Shown here in pieces: positions 11,975 through 24,754 of a stretch of 64,000 nt of DNA. Each line of letters begins with the position of its first letter. Position 1 is the stretch's first letter. The position numbers were made by a program, and so were the translations under genes. The DNA is taken from assembly GCA_038087875.1 (NCBI GenBank), contig JAXLNO010000077.1, forward strand, positions 1 through 64,000. Direction: 5' to 3'. Source of the stretch: Malacoraja senta. Taxonomy: Eukaryota. Below the pieces are notes generated by a model, which was not told the origin of the DNA, made no database searches, and saw nothing but the letters and a program-made list of their open reading frames with translations.

Positions 11975-13263
11975 CAAATGTTAAACATTCTTGCTGACAA
12001 CCAACATGCATTTAGGAGGCATAGATCATGTGAGTCTCAGCTTATCCTGACGACAAATGACCTGGCCAAGCACCTTGATGGTAACGTCATCACGGATTTA
12101 GTAGTGCTGGACTTTTCTAAAGCATTTGATGGAATCCCACACCAGAGACTGCTTCGGAAGCTTGACTTCCATGGTATTCGTTCCAACACGAAACGATGGA
12201 TTTCCAGTTTCCTGACAAAACGTCTTCAGCGTGTGTGTGTGAACGGAATGAGCTCCAATTGGCTGGCATCCAGTGTTGAGTGGTACACCTCAGGGCACAG
12301 TACTTGGCCCACATCTGTTTTTGCTTTACATAAATGACATCCATGAAAAAGTCGCAAGCACGACCAGACTATTCGCTGATGATTGTTTGCTGTACCGTCC
12401 AATTAAGTCAGCTGATGATGAAGATACTCTCCAAAAGGATCTCGATACAATGGTTGAGTGGTCACAACAATGGGGCATGCAGTTCAACCCTTCCAAATGT
12501 GAAACCATGCATGTCACCAGAAAGAGGAATCCAGGCGAAACATCTTACAATATACTTGGTGCCATCCTTGAAGAATCCAAACAAACCAAGTATCTTGGTA
12601 TAAAATTGCAGAATGATCTGCGTTGGAATGGTCAGACTCATCATGCAACGGTGAAAGCAACAGGTGTCCTAAATTTTCTGAGGCGCAACTTTCATCATTG
12701 TTCAATTTCTGTCAAGGAGAAGCTATACTTCACCCTCGTTAGACCTCATTTGGACTACGCAGTTGCAGCATGGGACCCATACACAAACAAAAACATTTCT
12801 TCCATCGAACGTGTCCAAAGACAGGCAGCTCGATTTGTTACTAACACCTATGAGAGAGAAGCAAGTGTTACCAAATTTCTGAATTCTCTGGGGTGGAACC
12901 CTCTCCAAGACAGACGTGAAGTTCACCGTTTGACCTGTTTTTACAAAATGTTAAATGGTCAGCTCGACATAGATTACAAGACCTACACCAAACCCAAACC
13001 AATTAGGAGCAGACGAGGGCATTCGATCCAATTTGTGATTCCAGCAACCAAGACCGATGTGTACAGCAATTCGTTCTTTCCCCGCACAATTAAAGCATGG
13101 AATAATCTCCACCCTATTATAGTTACCCAGCCAAATGCAACTAAATTTAAGGTAGCTCTTTCTTCCTAAAAACCCTTTCTGGCTTAAGTCCTCCCTCTAC
13201 CACATCCAGTTTAAATTCCATTTGGAATATTTTGGAGGACCAAGAAACCAAGAACCAAGAAAG
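11975..13263 (+). mobile_element. 5'-truncated LINE RT, invertebrate-type CR1-like, with one frameshift
   Basis: ORFs 11978-12337 and 12273-13169 give QHAFRR..SCESQL, LDFSKAFD, SGTPQGTVLGP.LFLLYINDI, FADD, KYLG, LVRPHLDY...WDPY, SFFPRTI..WN. (CCAAGAA)n tail at 13240-13263. Confidence 0.9.
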
Positions 13264-13925
13264 AAAGGCCTGCATTTCTATTGCACCTTTCACATATTTA
13301 TGGCAAAGCATTTCACAGTAAATTTAGTACTTTGAGGCACAAGGGGCAGCAAGTGCTGGATTCTGTTGCAGTAAAAGGACAGCTGCCAGAAGAACTCAGA
13401 GGGTCAGGCAGCATTTGTGAAAGGAAAAGACAGTCCACGAGGAAGTAGCCAGTATAAAGAAGTGGGGAGAGGGATGGGGTAAGAGCTAGTACGTGATAGG
13501 TAGATATCGGTGAGGAGGGGTTGATTGGCTGCTTCTCTTCTACACTTTCAGTGTAGCTGAAGGGTCTGGACCAAACATGACGACTTCATTTCCCTCCACA
13601 GATGCTGCCTGACCTGCCGAGTTCCATCTGCTGCTCTACTTTTTTTGCTGGCACTTTCCTAAAGTGTAGTCACTTACATAATGTAGAAATTGCACAACCA
13701 ATTTGAACACCGAAAACTTCTACAAACAGAAATCTGATAAGAATTAGATTATTCATTTCAGCAATGTTAGTTGAAAGATAAACTCATATAGCTTCCCCAC
13801 CCATGCGGTGCTTTCTCAGTACTGCACTGGTGTGTCAGACTATACTTTTGTGTTGCTCTTTGAAGTGAAACTTGACCCCACAACCTTCTGCCTTAGCAGC
13901 AAGAGGGCTAGCAACTGAGCCACTA
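13264..13925 (-). mobile_element. Old Deu-domain-like SINE interrupted by a degenerate PLE-derived fold-back element (about 13370-13650)
   Basis: TGCATTTCTATTGCACCTTTCAC tail, GTGTAGTCACT...AATGTAGAAA core and a tRNA-like head remnant near 13870-13920. Confidence 0.55.
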
Positions 13926-14819
13926 TTGGCGAAGTACCAAGATAAATCACTGAAATCAATGGACAAGGGGATAGAAATCCAATCCCAATTACTAACGCTG
14001 AATGCAATTTAGTGACAGCTGTGCATTTTACTCAGTTTCCAAAGGTTTCACCAGAGCAGTACATTCCTGACTGTACTATACAGTACATTTAGCACTTTTT
14101 CAAACAAATGTTTCAACAGATATTACCAATCACAATTTAACCAACTTTAAGCTTACAAATTAATTTATCAGAGTTAAAAGGGTACGGTAAATGTAATCAG
14201 TATTTAGGTGGAGCAAGAGATACTATACATGGTAGCTCACTAAGTACGTGATCCAAACGCCAATGCCAAATGTTGATAAGCTTTTCCCAAGGTCCTCCAC
14301 CTCAACCTTGCTTAATGCTTTCTATTTTAATTTACCTGATCATTAGCTTCAAATTTGTTCAGCTGGAATCCAACAAACACGAATTATTTTGACATCACCA
14401 AGTTATATTTGTTCCTTCTTCCCTTGACAACGAGAAGGGTATTATCAAGGGCAAGGATGGTAATATCTTGGTATATGCCAGCTTATATCACCTCACTGTC
14501 AATCATTCAAAAACACTTGCAGAAGATACAAATAAATCTTATTACTGAAACCTGGCATTTGGAGGATAACACACCCTAGGAGTTAGATATTTTGAACAGC
14601 GGGCTCCCAAATAGGATTTTGCTCAGCAAATATTTTGCAAATTTCACTGGCTTTTTGCCTCAACTTGAAGAATAAAATAAATGTCAAACTGGAACTTTGA
14701 AACCTTATTTGTACATGACTTTGAAATAAATAATGATTGCATAACAGTATAAGAATGAGGTTAGATTATATAATCAAAGATTAGTAATCTAGACTCACAA
14801 GCATTTTAAAAAGCAAACC

Positions 14820-15193
14820 ATAGAGACAAATCTTAAAGGATTGGACAGGCTAGATGCAGGAAAAATGTTCCCAAAGTTGGGGGAGTCCAGAACCAGGGGT
14901 CACAGTTTAAGAATAAGGGGTAGGCCATTTAGGACTGAGACGAGGAAAAACTTCTTCACCCAGAGAGTTGTGAATCTGTGGAATTCTCTGCCACAGAAGG
15001 CAGTGGAGGCCGATTCACTGGATGTTTTCAAGAGAGTTAGATTTAGCTCTTAGGGCTAAAGGAATCAAGGGATATGGGGAAAAAGCAAGAACAGGGTACT
15101 GATTTTAAATGATCAGCCATTATCATATTGAATGGCGGTGCTGGCTCGAAGGGCCGAATGACCTTCTCCTGCACCTATTTTTCTATGTTTCTA
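14820..15193 (+). mobile_element. CR1 3' fragment
   Basis: ORF DRLDAGKMFP..GESRTRGHSLRI...FFTQRVVNLWNSLP plus the CR1 3'UTR and tail. Confidence 0.9.
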
Positions 15194-15278
15194 TTCCAGA
15201 ATCTGTACTAAAATTTCAAGATTAAACTCTGTAAAACCACAATAGAGAGGTTCGAGAATTTCAATATGCTAGGAGTTA

Positions 15279-15972
15279 AGGCTCTGTCTCACGGTGTTGC
15301 GGTCATTGGCGGTGAAGCGCGGCGTCGCTGGAAGAGGGGACCGCACGTCAACCCCGAGAGCGCCGAGTACAGCCGGTCCCACGAGCTTGCGGTGTTATAG
15401 AAAATAAGCAAGCGGGGCTGTTGCGGCGGTAGTGCTGATCGCGGCGCCCATGCCGCACACGTGCCTCACTGGCGGAGGCTGTGGCGGTGAGAGTTCCACT
15501 CACGGCGCTTGTGCCGCACTGGCGGCGGCTGTGGCGGTGACCGTGCTGCACACGTGCCTCACTGGCGGCTGTGGCGGTGACCGTGCCTCACTGGCGGAGG
15601 CTGTGGCGGTGACCGTGCCTCACTGGCGGAGGCTGTGGCGGTGACCGTGCCGCACACGTGCCTCACTGGCGGAGGCTGTGGCGGTGAGAGTTTCACTCAC
15701 GGCGCTTGTGCCGCACTGGCGGCGGCTGTTGCGGTGACCGTGCCTCACTGGCGGCGGCTGTGGCGGTGACCGTGCCTCACTGGCGGCAGCTGTGCGGTAA
15801 GAAATAATTTTTCAACAGTGCTGACTTTTTATGAGCACCGTGCGGTGTTGGGACAAACGCCGCACGGCCTCGGCGGTGGGCGTTTGACCGAACCCGCGGT
15901 CTCTGGTGGTCCATGAGCGGTAGATACTTCCTGTATCACCGCCAATGACCGCAGACTCGTGAGACAGGCCTT
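15279..15972. mobile_element. PIF/Harbinger-type MITE with an internal GC-rich minisatellite
   Basis: Left end AGGCTCTGTCTCACGGTGTTGCGGTCATTGGCGGTGA; right end reverse complement AAGGCCTGTCTCACGAGTCTGCGGTCATTGGCGGTGA. TTA at 15276-15278 and 15973-15975 fits the TWA TSD of Harbinger. Confidence 0.85.
15450..15800. repeat. Minisatellite, ~32-bp unit CCGTGCCTCACTGGCGGAGGCTGTGGCGGTGA with variants
   Basis: About 10 imperfect tandem copies, with a higher-order duplication (GAGTTYCACTCACGGCGCTTGTGCCGCA occurs twice). Confidence 0.9.
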
Positions 15973-17729
15973 TTAGTAGTATGTCCTTGCACCTCAGGGA
16001 ATTACCCAATATTCTCATTTAGGAATCAAAATAGTTGTGAATATATAGTTATCTGTGAATTTTTATGCAGCAGCAGTGATGAAAATAACTAAATTCAAAA
16101 ATCAAAATGCACACACCATAACTGCTCTAAGAAATTGCATGTTACTATTTTGCGGAACAGAGAAGGTCCCCTCAACAACCTAAGAAATATTATGTGGTTA
16201 TTATCACAGGGCTGTTTGTGGGAGATTTCTATGCACGACTGGGTCATCACCTGCCCTTCCTACATTACAATAGTAGCCACATTTCAAAAGTGCTCCAATG
16301 GCCGTAAAACACCGGAAGTGCAATTTATATTCCTTCTTACCTCCACATGAGCAAAAACATCGCCACATGCAGGATCTTAGGAAATGGCAGCAGGCAGTAT
16401 TATTAAATGCATGCAGTGATTTTCTTAATTTGTCTTTTTTTTTAAATCTCTCTCCTTTTTGCTCACTCAAATTTGATTTCTGTACCTGATCTGACTTTGA
16501 ATTCATCTCCTTCAACTCACACTCCATTATTCTTTTGCTGGTTATTTCCCAATCGGCTGATGTCATTCTTCTCAGAGATAGCCTGATAGTTCACTTTTTT
16601 TACAAAACAAGACACTGTGCTTTAATAACTCCAGCACTTTGTGTCTTTTTTTTAAATAAACCAGCATCTGCGATTTCTTGTTTCTACAATTTACTCTTTT
16701 CGATTATAATCTTATCAGTAATTCTGTGGCGACCGTGATTCTTCATCTAAAGAATGTAGAATTAATTAATATCCTGCAACACCAATGCCTGATCAATTAT
16801 ATTTTTGTTAAGAATCATACTTAATAAAGCAACTTGTAAACTGTAAATGAAAATTAAAAATAAATGTGATGGAAATACACAGCAGGTCATTCAACATCTG
16901 TGCAGAAGAGACAGGTTTTGATGTTTCGTGTAATCTTAATTATATCTCTGATGAAGGGTATGCAGAGTGTATAATGTAATGGTTAGGAGCCTGCTGTGCA
17001 TTCCCAGTATCAATTGTTATTTCACAGTTCCAGAATGTGTAGCACTGCCTTTTATTTTATGCTGGCAAGTAAAATGCTAAACTGCAATATTACATTGCTT
17101 AATAAATATTACTTGTCATTGAGATGGATAATGGCTTTGAGAATTATTCCTATGGCATTTACAATTTAGATAGTGGACAGAGTTAACATACATAAATGTT
17201 GGAAAATAGGTTTGCAGTGAGAAAATGAGAAAATAAAATCCTCAAACTGGGCAAGATTCCAGGATAAGAAACAATACTCCAGCTGTAAAAATAAGGTTTC
17301 TATCTGACTGAGGCTAAAATATGCTGTCCAACTCCAGTGATGGCTGAACAAATATATCTAATTGATAGCTACATTGATTTGTTTCAATTCCCAGGCATTG
17401 TTGACCTCACCTCAGACAAACAAAAGGACCTACAATTTATTAAAGAATCCTGTAAAGATAGAGACTGGGGACAAAGTGAGGAGGAAAAGAAAAACTTAGT
17501 GTTTTGTTCCTTAGTATCATCCTCCAAGATGTGTTGCAAAAGGACAAATGGAGTTTGGCTGTAATGTTGTGTCTTTGGTCGCAGTCAGTGTAGTCTCCCA
17601 GCCAAGGGGCAACCACACCTATGAATTAACTCAGCAAAATCCTCCAAATTCACTGAAAGGACAAGCTAACCTATGTAACTATCCTCAGGCCTAATTTTCC
17701 AGTATTGAGGCTCTCCTTACACTCCCATC

Positions 17730-18010
17730 AGCTACTTTGGGAAGACCATATCACCTGCCTGACATCAGACTCCTAAAATAAAATCTCAGAGTTCTTCATG
17801 GGTAGAGACTACCAGGCGGGCAGTGAATAGATTCAAAAATGTGCTCAAAGCCTCCTTGAAGAAATGTAACATCCCCACAACTCCTGGGAGTCTCTGGCCC
17901 ATCTTCTCCCAAAGTGGAGAATGAGCATTTGGGATGATATTAAGCATCTTGAAGCCATGCATCTGGAGCTTGGACCATTAAAAGAAGCAGTCCACCTCAC
18001 ACACTGCCCA
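17730..18010 (+). mobile_element. Degenerate RTE-clade LINE 3' fragment
   Basis: Piecewise translation RLPGGQ..RFKNVLKASLKKCNIP...WESLA...KWR, typical of the RTE C-terminus. Confidence 0.65.
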
Positions 18011-19504
18011 CCAGCCCCATTTGTATGAGAATCTGACAACAGCCCGAGGAAGTTTCCAGTCATCAATGACTATGTCAGACATGCAAACTTCACACAAGAT
18101 GGTAATGGACAAACAAACTTAGTCTGGGAGTGAAGTGGGGTGTAAGTAATCAGCAAGCTATTCCCAATGAATGATAGAGAAAAGAAGAGCCAAAGGGTCA
18201 GTGAGGGGGGAGATGGAATGGGTGGGGGGAGTTAGGAGAAGGAGAGGGTGACAGCAACAGTTTACTGTAAGCACTGATTAACACAAAGCAGCAAGTGGAA
18301 TCCTCACACCATAGCACAACGTTTCTCACGCACTGCTTCTCATGCACAGTTGCTGTTCAGAAAGAAACAAAGAAAAATCAGGTGCTGGAGAGGGTTAGGG
18401 ATGGCATGATAAAAAAGGACCAATACTTAGTGATGATTTAAAAAATAAAGAAAAATAGTGTATTTCTAAAAACCTATATCAAATAATTCCATGAGGGGCC
18501 ACAATAAAAATCACAGTGTTTTTGTAAGGATTAAAATTACACATTAGGTTGGCCACAAAACCCCCCCAGCTAATTGCCAGGATCTTTTTTTTTTATCCCA
18601 ACAACTCCCTTCAGGAATGTCACCAGCCACTCTGCTCCGTTGTTTTTGCTCCAATTTCTTTCACATATAAAGGAAATTGAGCAAACCTGGTACATATATT
18701 TTCTAGAATGTGTTTCATAAACTCTCACAGGAGACTGACTACAAGAAGTTCAGACCAAAAACAATAGAGCTACAATTACTAGTAGTTATACAGCTCATTA
18801 ATTAACCTCAATCCTTTGTTTCCTGTCCAACAACCAAGTTTCCATTGATGCAATTAACTCTTTCATCATTTACAGAACAGGAAAGTGTTGGATTTGAGAA
18901 AGAAATTGCTGAAGATGCCACGTTATCAAGTTTGACAGCATGGAGGGCGTGTTAAAACTTGAGAAGGACTTGGAAAGACCTTTAATCAGCAAGGAGCTGT
19001 GATTACCTTTATGTGAGGAAGTGCTTTCTAATTTAATTCCTGGCTCTCACTTTAAGATTGTGTCCTCTTACAGTTATTCAATCTGAGAAAAAATAAATGT
19101 AACCAAGTGAAAAATAGCATACACAAGCCAGGAAGCATCTGCATCTGTGCTGTAGACATCATCAATTGCCTCTCTATGCTCAGCAGTTCACCAGGATGCA
19201 CCAAACGCAGCCACATCAATCTTGGCAATATCTAACCTACTGCTGCAATCAGTGCATTATTGGAACACTTGTGTCCATCTGAACACCCTGGCTGTCCCTG
19301 CAGACAAACATCACCCCTCCCATTCATATACTGTGATTTCACAATCCTCTAGAAAATACGGAGAACTGAGGCAAGTAAACAACTACTCATTAACTGGGTT
19401 TGAAGTTACTCAAGCCCTTCTGGATTGTTATCCTCAATCTCCAGCAAGGCAATTTCAACCCAAAAAAGCCAAATTGTAACAAATCAACATTGTATAAAAG
19501 ACCG

Positions 19505-19819
19505 GGTGGCATCGTGGCACAACAGTAGTGTTGCTGCCTTACAGCGCGAGAGACCCAGGTTTGATCCTGACTACGGGTACTGTCTGTATGGAGTTTGTAC
19601 GTTCTCCCCGTGACTGTGTGGGATTTTCTCCAGGTGCTCTGGTTTCCTTCCACACTCCAAAGATGCACAGGTTTCTGGGTTAATTGGCTTTGCTAAAAAT
19701 TGTAAATTGTTTCTAGTGTGTAGGATGGTGCTAGTGTACGGAGATCGCTGGTCACCAGGGACTCGGTGGGCCAAACGGCCTGTTTCTGCGCAGTATCTCT
19801 AAAGCAAATTAAACTAAAC
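19505..19819 (+). mobile_element. tRNA-derived SINE (V-SINE/HE1-like)
   Basis: A-box-like GTGGCACAACAG, B-box-like GGTTTGATCC, core GTCTGTATGGAGTTTGTACGTTCTCCCCGTG and an (AAACT)n tail. Confidence 0.85.
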
Positions 19820-20615
19820 GGAAAGTGAAGATTCCCTGGCTTTTATCTCCAGTATCCAGACTCTGCTTCCACTGCCCTTTCAGAAAGAGGGTTCCAAAGA
19901 CTCATGACCAAAAATAAATCCCTGAACTTTGCCTTAAGTGCAACAGTAACCAGTTTACCAATACACCATAGTTGTAGATTTTCCCATAAGAGCAAATGTT
20001 ATATTTGTATGCAATTCCCCAGTAACAATCAGTATGTTAGCCTTCCTAATTACCAACTGTACTGCAGAATCATGCACAAGGTTACCGAGATTCCTTTGCA
20101 TCTCAGATTTCTGCAATCTCTCATCTTTTGGATAATATTTTTTTTTATTCATCTTGCCAAATCGGATAATTTGACATTTTGCCATATTCTACTTAATTTG
20201 CCAGATTGCTGCCTATTCACTTAACTTGTCTGTATCCCTTTATAGCCTCCTTAAGTCCACATCACAACGTACTTTCCAACAGATCTGATCGTCATCAGCA
20301 AACTGAACAACTCCTTATAGTTTCTTCATCTATTCATAATTTGTGAAGAGTCAAGACTCCAGCACAGATCCTGTGGCATTTTATTTATTTCATCTAGCCA
20401 GCCACAAAAGGTCCCACTTAGATCTCACTCTGATTCCGATTTGCCACCCAATTTATTGTCCATGCTAAAATGTTACCTACTACACCAAGACCTTTTATCT
20501 TTTGCACTCAGCATTACCAGAATGTTTCTGTTTGTGGCAGCTTGCTATGCGCAAACTGTCTGTCCCGTTTTCCATATTAGAAAAATGGTGATTTTCGTCT
20601 TCAGTAGTACCTCAT

Positions 20616-21118
20616 TAGAAACATGCAAACATAGAAAATAGGTGCAGGAGGAGGCCATTCGGCCCTTCGAGCCAGCACCGCCATTCATTGTGATCATGGC
20701 TGATCGTCCCCAATCAATAACCCATGCCTGCCTTCTCCCCATATCCTGTAACTCTCTCTTAAATTCATCCAGTGACTTGGCCTCCACTGCCCTCTGTGGC
20801 AGGAAATTCCACAAATTCACAACTCTCTGGGTGAAATAGTTTTTTCTCACCTCAGTCTTAAATGGCTTCCCTTTTATTCCAAGACTGTGGCACCTGGTTC
20901 TGGGCTCACCCAACATTGGGAACATTTTTCCTGCATCTAGCTTGTCCAGTCCTTTTATAATTTTATATGTTTCTATAAGATCCCCCTCATCCTTCTAAAA
21001 TCCAGTGAATACAAGCCTAGTCTTTTCAATCTTTCCTCATATGACAGTCCCGCCATCCCAGGGATCAATCTCGAGAACCTACGCTGCACTGCCTCAATCA
21101 CAAGGATGTCCTTCCTCA
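20616..21118 (-). mobile_element. CR1 3' fragment
   Basis: MFPMLGEPRTRCHSL...FTQRVVNLWN on the minus strand; tail at 20616-20640. Confidence 0.9.
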
Positions 21119-21301
21119 TTGACAATAAAGCATATTGGAACTTCCTAAAAGGGAAGTCAAAATAAATTCTGTCTTTCTTACTTCATTTCTTTACTAGTAG
21201 GTAATAGTTAAATAGAGGTACAGTGAAGAGTTTTGTTTTGCATGCTATCCAATCAAATCAGATAATACTATACATGAATGCTGTCTCGGTGGCGCATGGG
21301 C

Positions 21302-21631
21302 AGTCATGGTGGCACAGCAGTAGAGTTGCGGCTTTGCAGCGAATGGAGTGCCGGAGACACGGGTTCGATCCCGATTACGGGTGCTGTCTGTACGGAGTTT
21401 GTACGTTCTCCCCGTGACCTGCGTGGGTTTTCTCCGATATCTTCGGTTTCCTCCCACATTCCAAAGACGTACAGGTTTGTAGGTTAATTGGCTTGGTAAA
21501 TGTAAAAATTGTCCCTAGTGGGTGTAGTGGGTCCCTAGTGGGTGTTAATGTGCGGGGATCGCTGGTCGGCGCGGGCCTGGTGGGCCGAAGGGCCTGTTTC
21601 CGTGCTGTATCTCTAAACTAAACTAAACTAA
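21302..21631 (+). mobile_element. tRNA-derived SINE (V-SINE/HE1-like), near full length
   Basis: GGTGGCACAGCAGTAGAG (A box), GGTTCGATCCC (B box), conserved core and (AAACT)n tail. Confidence 0.9.
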
Positions 21632-21922
21632 ATACAAGCAAGCCAGAAGCAAAAACATTAGATTGAGATTGTGCAATGGGGAAGCCACAGAATGCAGAAT
21701 ATAAGTCTCGGCATTGCAGTGCACTGGTTCCATAGACAAAGTCTGCAATTGGGTAGAATCAGACAGTACCCCAGCTTATGGAAGGACCATTCAGAAGCCT
21801 AAATAGAGTGGGCAAGTAGCTGTTCATGAGACTGCTGGTACACGCTTTCAAGCTTCTGTACGGTACCTTCTACGTGACGAGAGTAGGGAGACAGAGGAAT
21901 GACTGGGGTGGAACATCTTTGA

Positions 21923-22765
21923 TAGACACAAAATGCTGGAGTAACTCAGCAGGACAGGCAGCATCACTGGAGAGAAGGAATGGGTGACGTTTCAGGTTGA
22001 GACGTTTTTTCAACTGAGTCAGGGAGAGGGAAAGCTATGGAAGGGAAAGGTGTGAAAACAACAGATCAAAGCAGATGACTTATTTGAATATGTTGGCACA
22101 GGAACTGCAGACACTGCTTTACAAAAAAAAATGTGCAGGAATAACTCAGCAGGTCACGCAGCATTTCAGGAGAACATGGACAGGCAATGTTTCAGGTTGG
22201 AACCCTTCTTCAGACTGATTATGGTAGGGGGGAAGAAAGCTGGAAGAGATGTGGGGGCAAGACAAAGCCTTGTGGGATAGGGTGAGGGGGGGAGGGGGGA
22301 TTGATTGGCAGATGGGTGAACAAAGGCCAGTGATGGGTGGAAGGTAAAAGGCTGTGAAATAAGCCTGTCAGGAGAGGAGGCGTGAAAAGTGGTCAGAGAA
22401 AAGGAGAAAGGTAGAAGCGGATGGGGGTAAGGGAAAGGGTTGTATTTCATTTGTAACCCAAAATTGGAGAATTCAATGTTCATAGCATTGGGTTCTAAGC
22501 TACCCAATTGGAATAAGAGGTGCTGTCCCGACACGAAACGTCACCTATCCTTTTTCTCCAGAGACGCTGAGTTACTCCAGCACATTCTGTTGATCTTTGG
22601 TATAAACCAGCATTATACCAAATGCAGTTCTTTTGTTTGTGCATTGCAGAAAAAGTTGTTGTCTTGACACCATGTTGGGGTCTCGAACCAAAATGTCACC
22701 CATTCCTTCTCTCCAGAGATGCCGCCTGTCCCGCTGAGTTACTCCAGTATTTTGTATCTATCTAC
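21923..22765. mobile_element. Cluster of PLE-derived arms in both orientations
   Basis: Several GCTGGAGTAACTCAGC / GCTGAGTTACTCCAG arms, and a minus-strand QHLLFQLGSLEPNAMNIEFSNF PLE C-terminal peptide. Confidence 0.7.
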
Positions 22766-23699
22766 CATGTTATTAAGTTCTCCAGCTCCTTCCTATATTC
22801 CACCTCGTCATTGTTCGTGATCCAAACACTACAGGAGTACCATCGGCAGTGGTGTCATTCAAGTAACAACGATAAAATCCCAAAATGTTTTAAATCAAAT
22901 CTCCTTTTGCTCTACTTATTATAGCAGTGATCATAATATGAGCGATCATCTCTCCTCCTTTCAACAAGTTTGCCATCCCTGGCATCATTACAGTGAATCT
23001 ACTGTATTAAGTATTTACAATGACAATAAAGTGTATTATTATTATTATAACTCCTGATAGTTTTGATGTATTTTCCAAAATACATATTTTTTAAACTGCA
23101 TTCAATAACCGCATTTTGTATAACTGTACTCTTTCGATTTTTTTAATGGTCCTATTTTCAGGCGGATATCTGTACCTCCAGATTTTTCTTGCTTTTGCTT
23201 GAGGTGCCATTGGTCTACTCTTGCTCCTACTTCTGATGGGAATCATTTAGCTTTTTTGTATTGAGAGTATCCTCCCATTCATTGTTTCCTTGTAAAAATG
23301 CCATAGATCGCCCATTTAAAGTAGTGTGTACTGTTCCGTAGAATATATTTGATTCCGATTCCGGGATTAATATATTGCAATCTTATGAGCTAAATTAGTT
23401 GTGCTTCAATTGTAAAAAGCTTTGAAATTATATTTATAGTATTTCACTGAATGCATTATTTTAAAAATGCAGTTCAATCACTGACATGAAAGCATAATAA
23501 TTAGGGCTCAATATCCGGCAAATAAAAAACATAATTTTTGAGTTAGATCTTTTGTAGCAGTGACTCCGAAAGTTAATAATTACCTCTGGAAACAAAGTTA
23601 GGCAGAGTAATTGAGCATACTATAGTAGAAAGCTGCGCAATATTTTTCTTTCTTTACTTAGGTTCTGTTGTATCTTTTGAATTTTTTTTAGTTGTGTTG

Positions 23700-24326
23700 A
23701 AATCGACTCCATCAACTCCACAGTCAAAAAGGCACAAGAAGAGGATGTACTTCCTGCGGCAGCTGAGGAAGCACAATCTGCCACAGGCAATGATGGTCCA
23801 ATTCTATACGGCCATCCTAGTGTCTGTCCTCACCTTCTCCATCATGGTCTGGTTTGGCTCAGCCACCAAGCACGACATCCGGAGGCTGCAACAAATTGTC
23901 CAATCAGCTGAGACGGTTATTGGCTGCAACTTTCCCTCCACTGACGAACTGTACACTGCAAGGGCCAGGAAGCGAGCGGGTAAGATCATCTCTGACCCCT
24001 CTCACCCTGGCCACAATCTCTTTGAATCACTTCCCTCTGGAAGGCGACCCCGGACTGTCAAAGCTGCCACAGCCAGACATAAAAACAGCTTTTTTCCACG
24101 AGTGGTAGCTCTACTCAATAACCAAAAATCTGTAGCCTCCTTCTGCTCTGGTATTTTATTTAATGCACATGTTTAATCAATAAAGTTTTATTATTAATGT
24201 TTAATGTTTTATGTATCATTCCTAACTGTCATGTTGTCACTTGCGGGCGGAGTATCAAGGCAAATTCCTTGTATGCGAATACTTGGCTAATAAACTTATT
24301 CATTCATTCATTCATTCATTCATTCA
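23700..24326 (+). mobile_element. Rex1/Babar-like LINE 3' fragment (different subfamily)
   Basis: RMYFLRQLRK..LP...MVQFYTAI..SVLTFSI.VWFG...DPSHPGH.LF..LPSGRR; (ATTC)n tail at 24298-24326. Confidence 0.85.
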
Positions 24327-24754
24327 AATTGTGGAAAAATTCACAATATCATAGTCAGGTGCATTGATAGGGTCTGGGAACTCTCAGATGGAGCCTTGTG
24401 CCATTTCTGGGGTAGGCACTACCACATTCTCACTATCCCCGTGGAGACGTCTGCATCACCTGAACACTGTAACTTTGCTGAGGTCTGAGTGAAGGTTTAT
24501 ACAACTGTGGTGAGCAAGTTTAAGCTCCATGGTGCTTGCTGTGTCTCTGTTGGTAGCACTTTCACCATTTAAGGTGTAAGTTAGATACATAGAAATTGAC
24601 AAGTTAATAGGTTCAAGACCCGCTTCAGACATGAGCATTAAATCGTGACAGGCTAAAGAAGCGTTGTGCTGTAGGACGTTACACCTTTCAAGAAAGTAGT
24701 GCCTATTTTTGCACAGCAATGTTTCCAAAACTACAAACGTAAAGCACACGGTAT

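Noticed and set aside
15450..15800. CRISPR-like array (~32-bp repeats)
   Set aside because: Head-to-tail repeats without unique spacers, inside a MITE in eukaryotic DNA.
16135..16738. Short ORFs such as the 120-aa K/E-rich 16204-16566
   Set aside because: Low-complexity AT-rich sequence overlapping old SINE/PLE remnants, with no supporting splice structure or known motif.
21302..21380. tRNA genes (also at 19505 and about 53640-53708)
   Set aside because: The A/B boxes are SINE heads followed by the SINE core and (AAACT)n tail; no complete cloverleaf.
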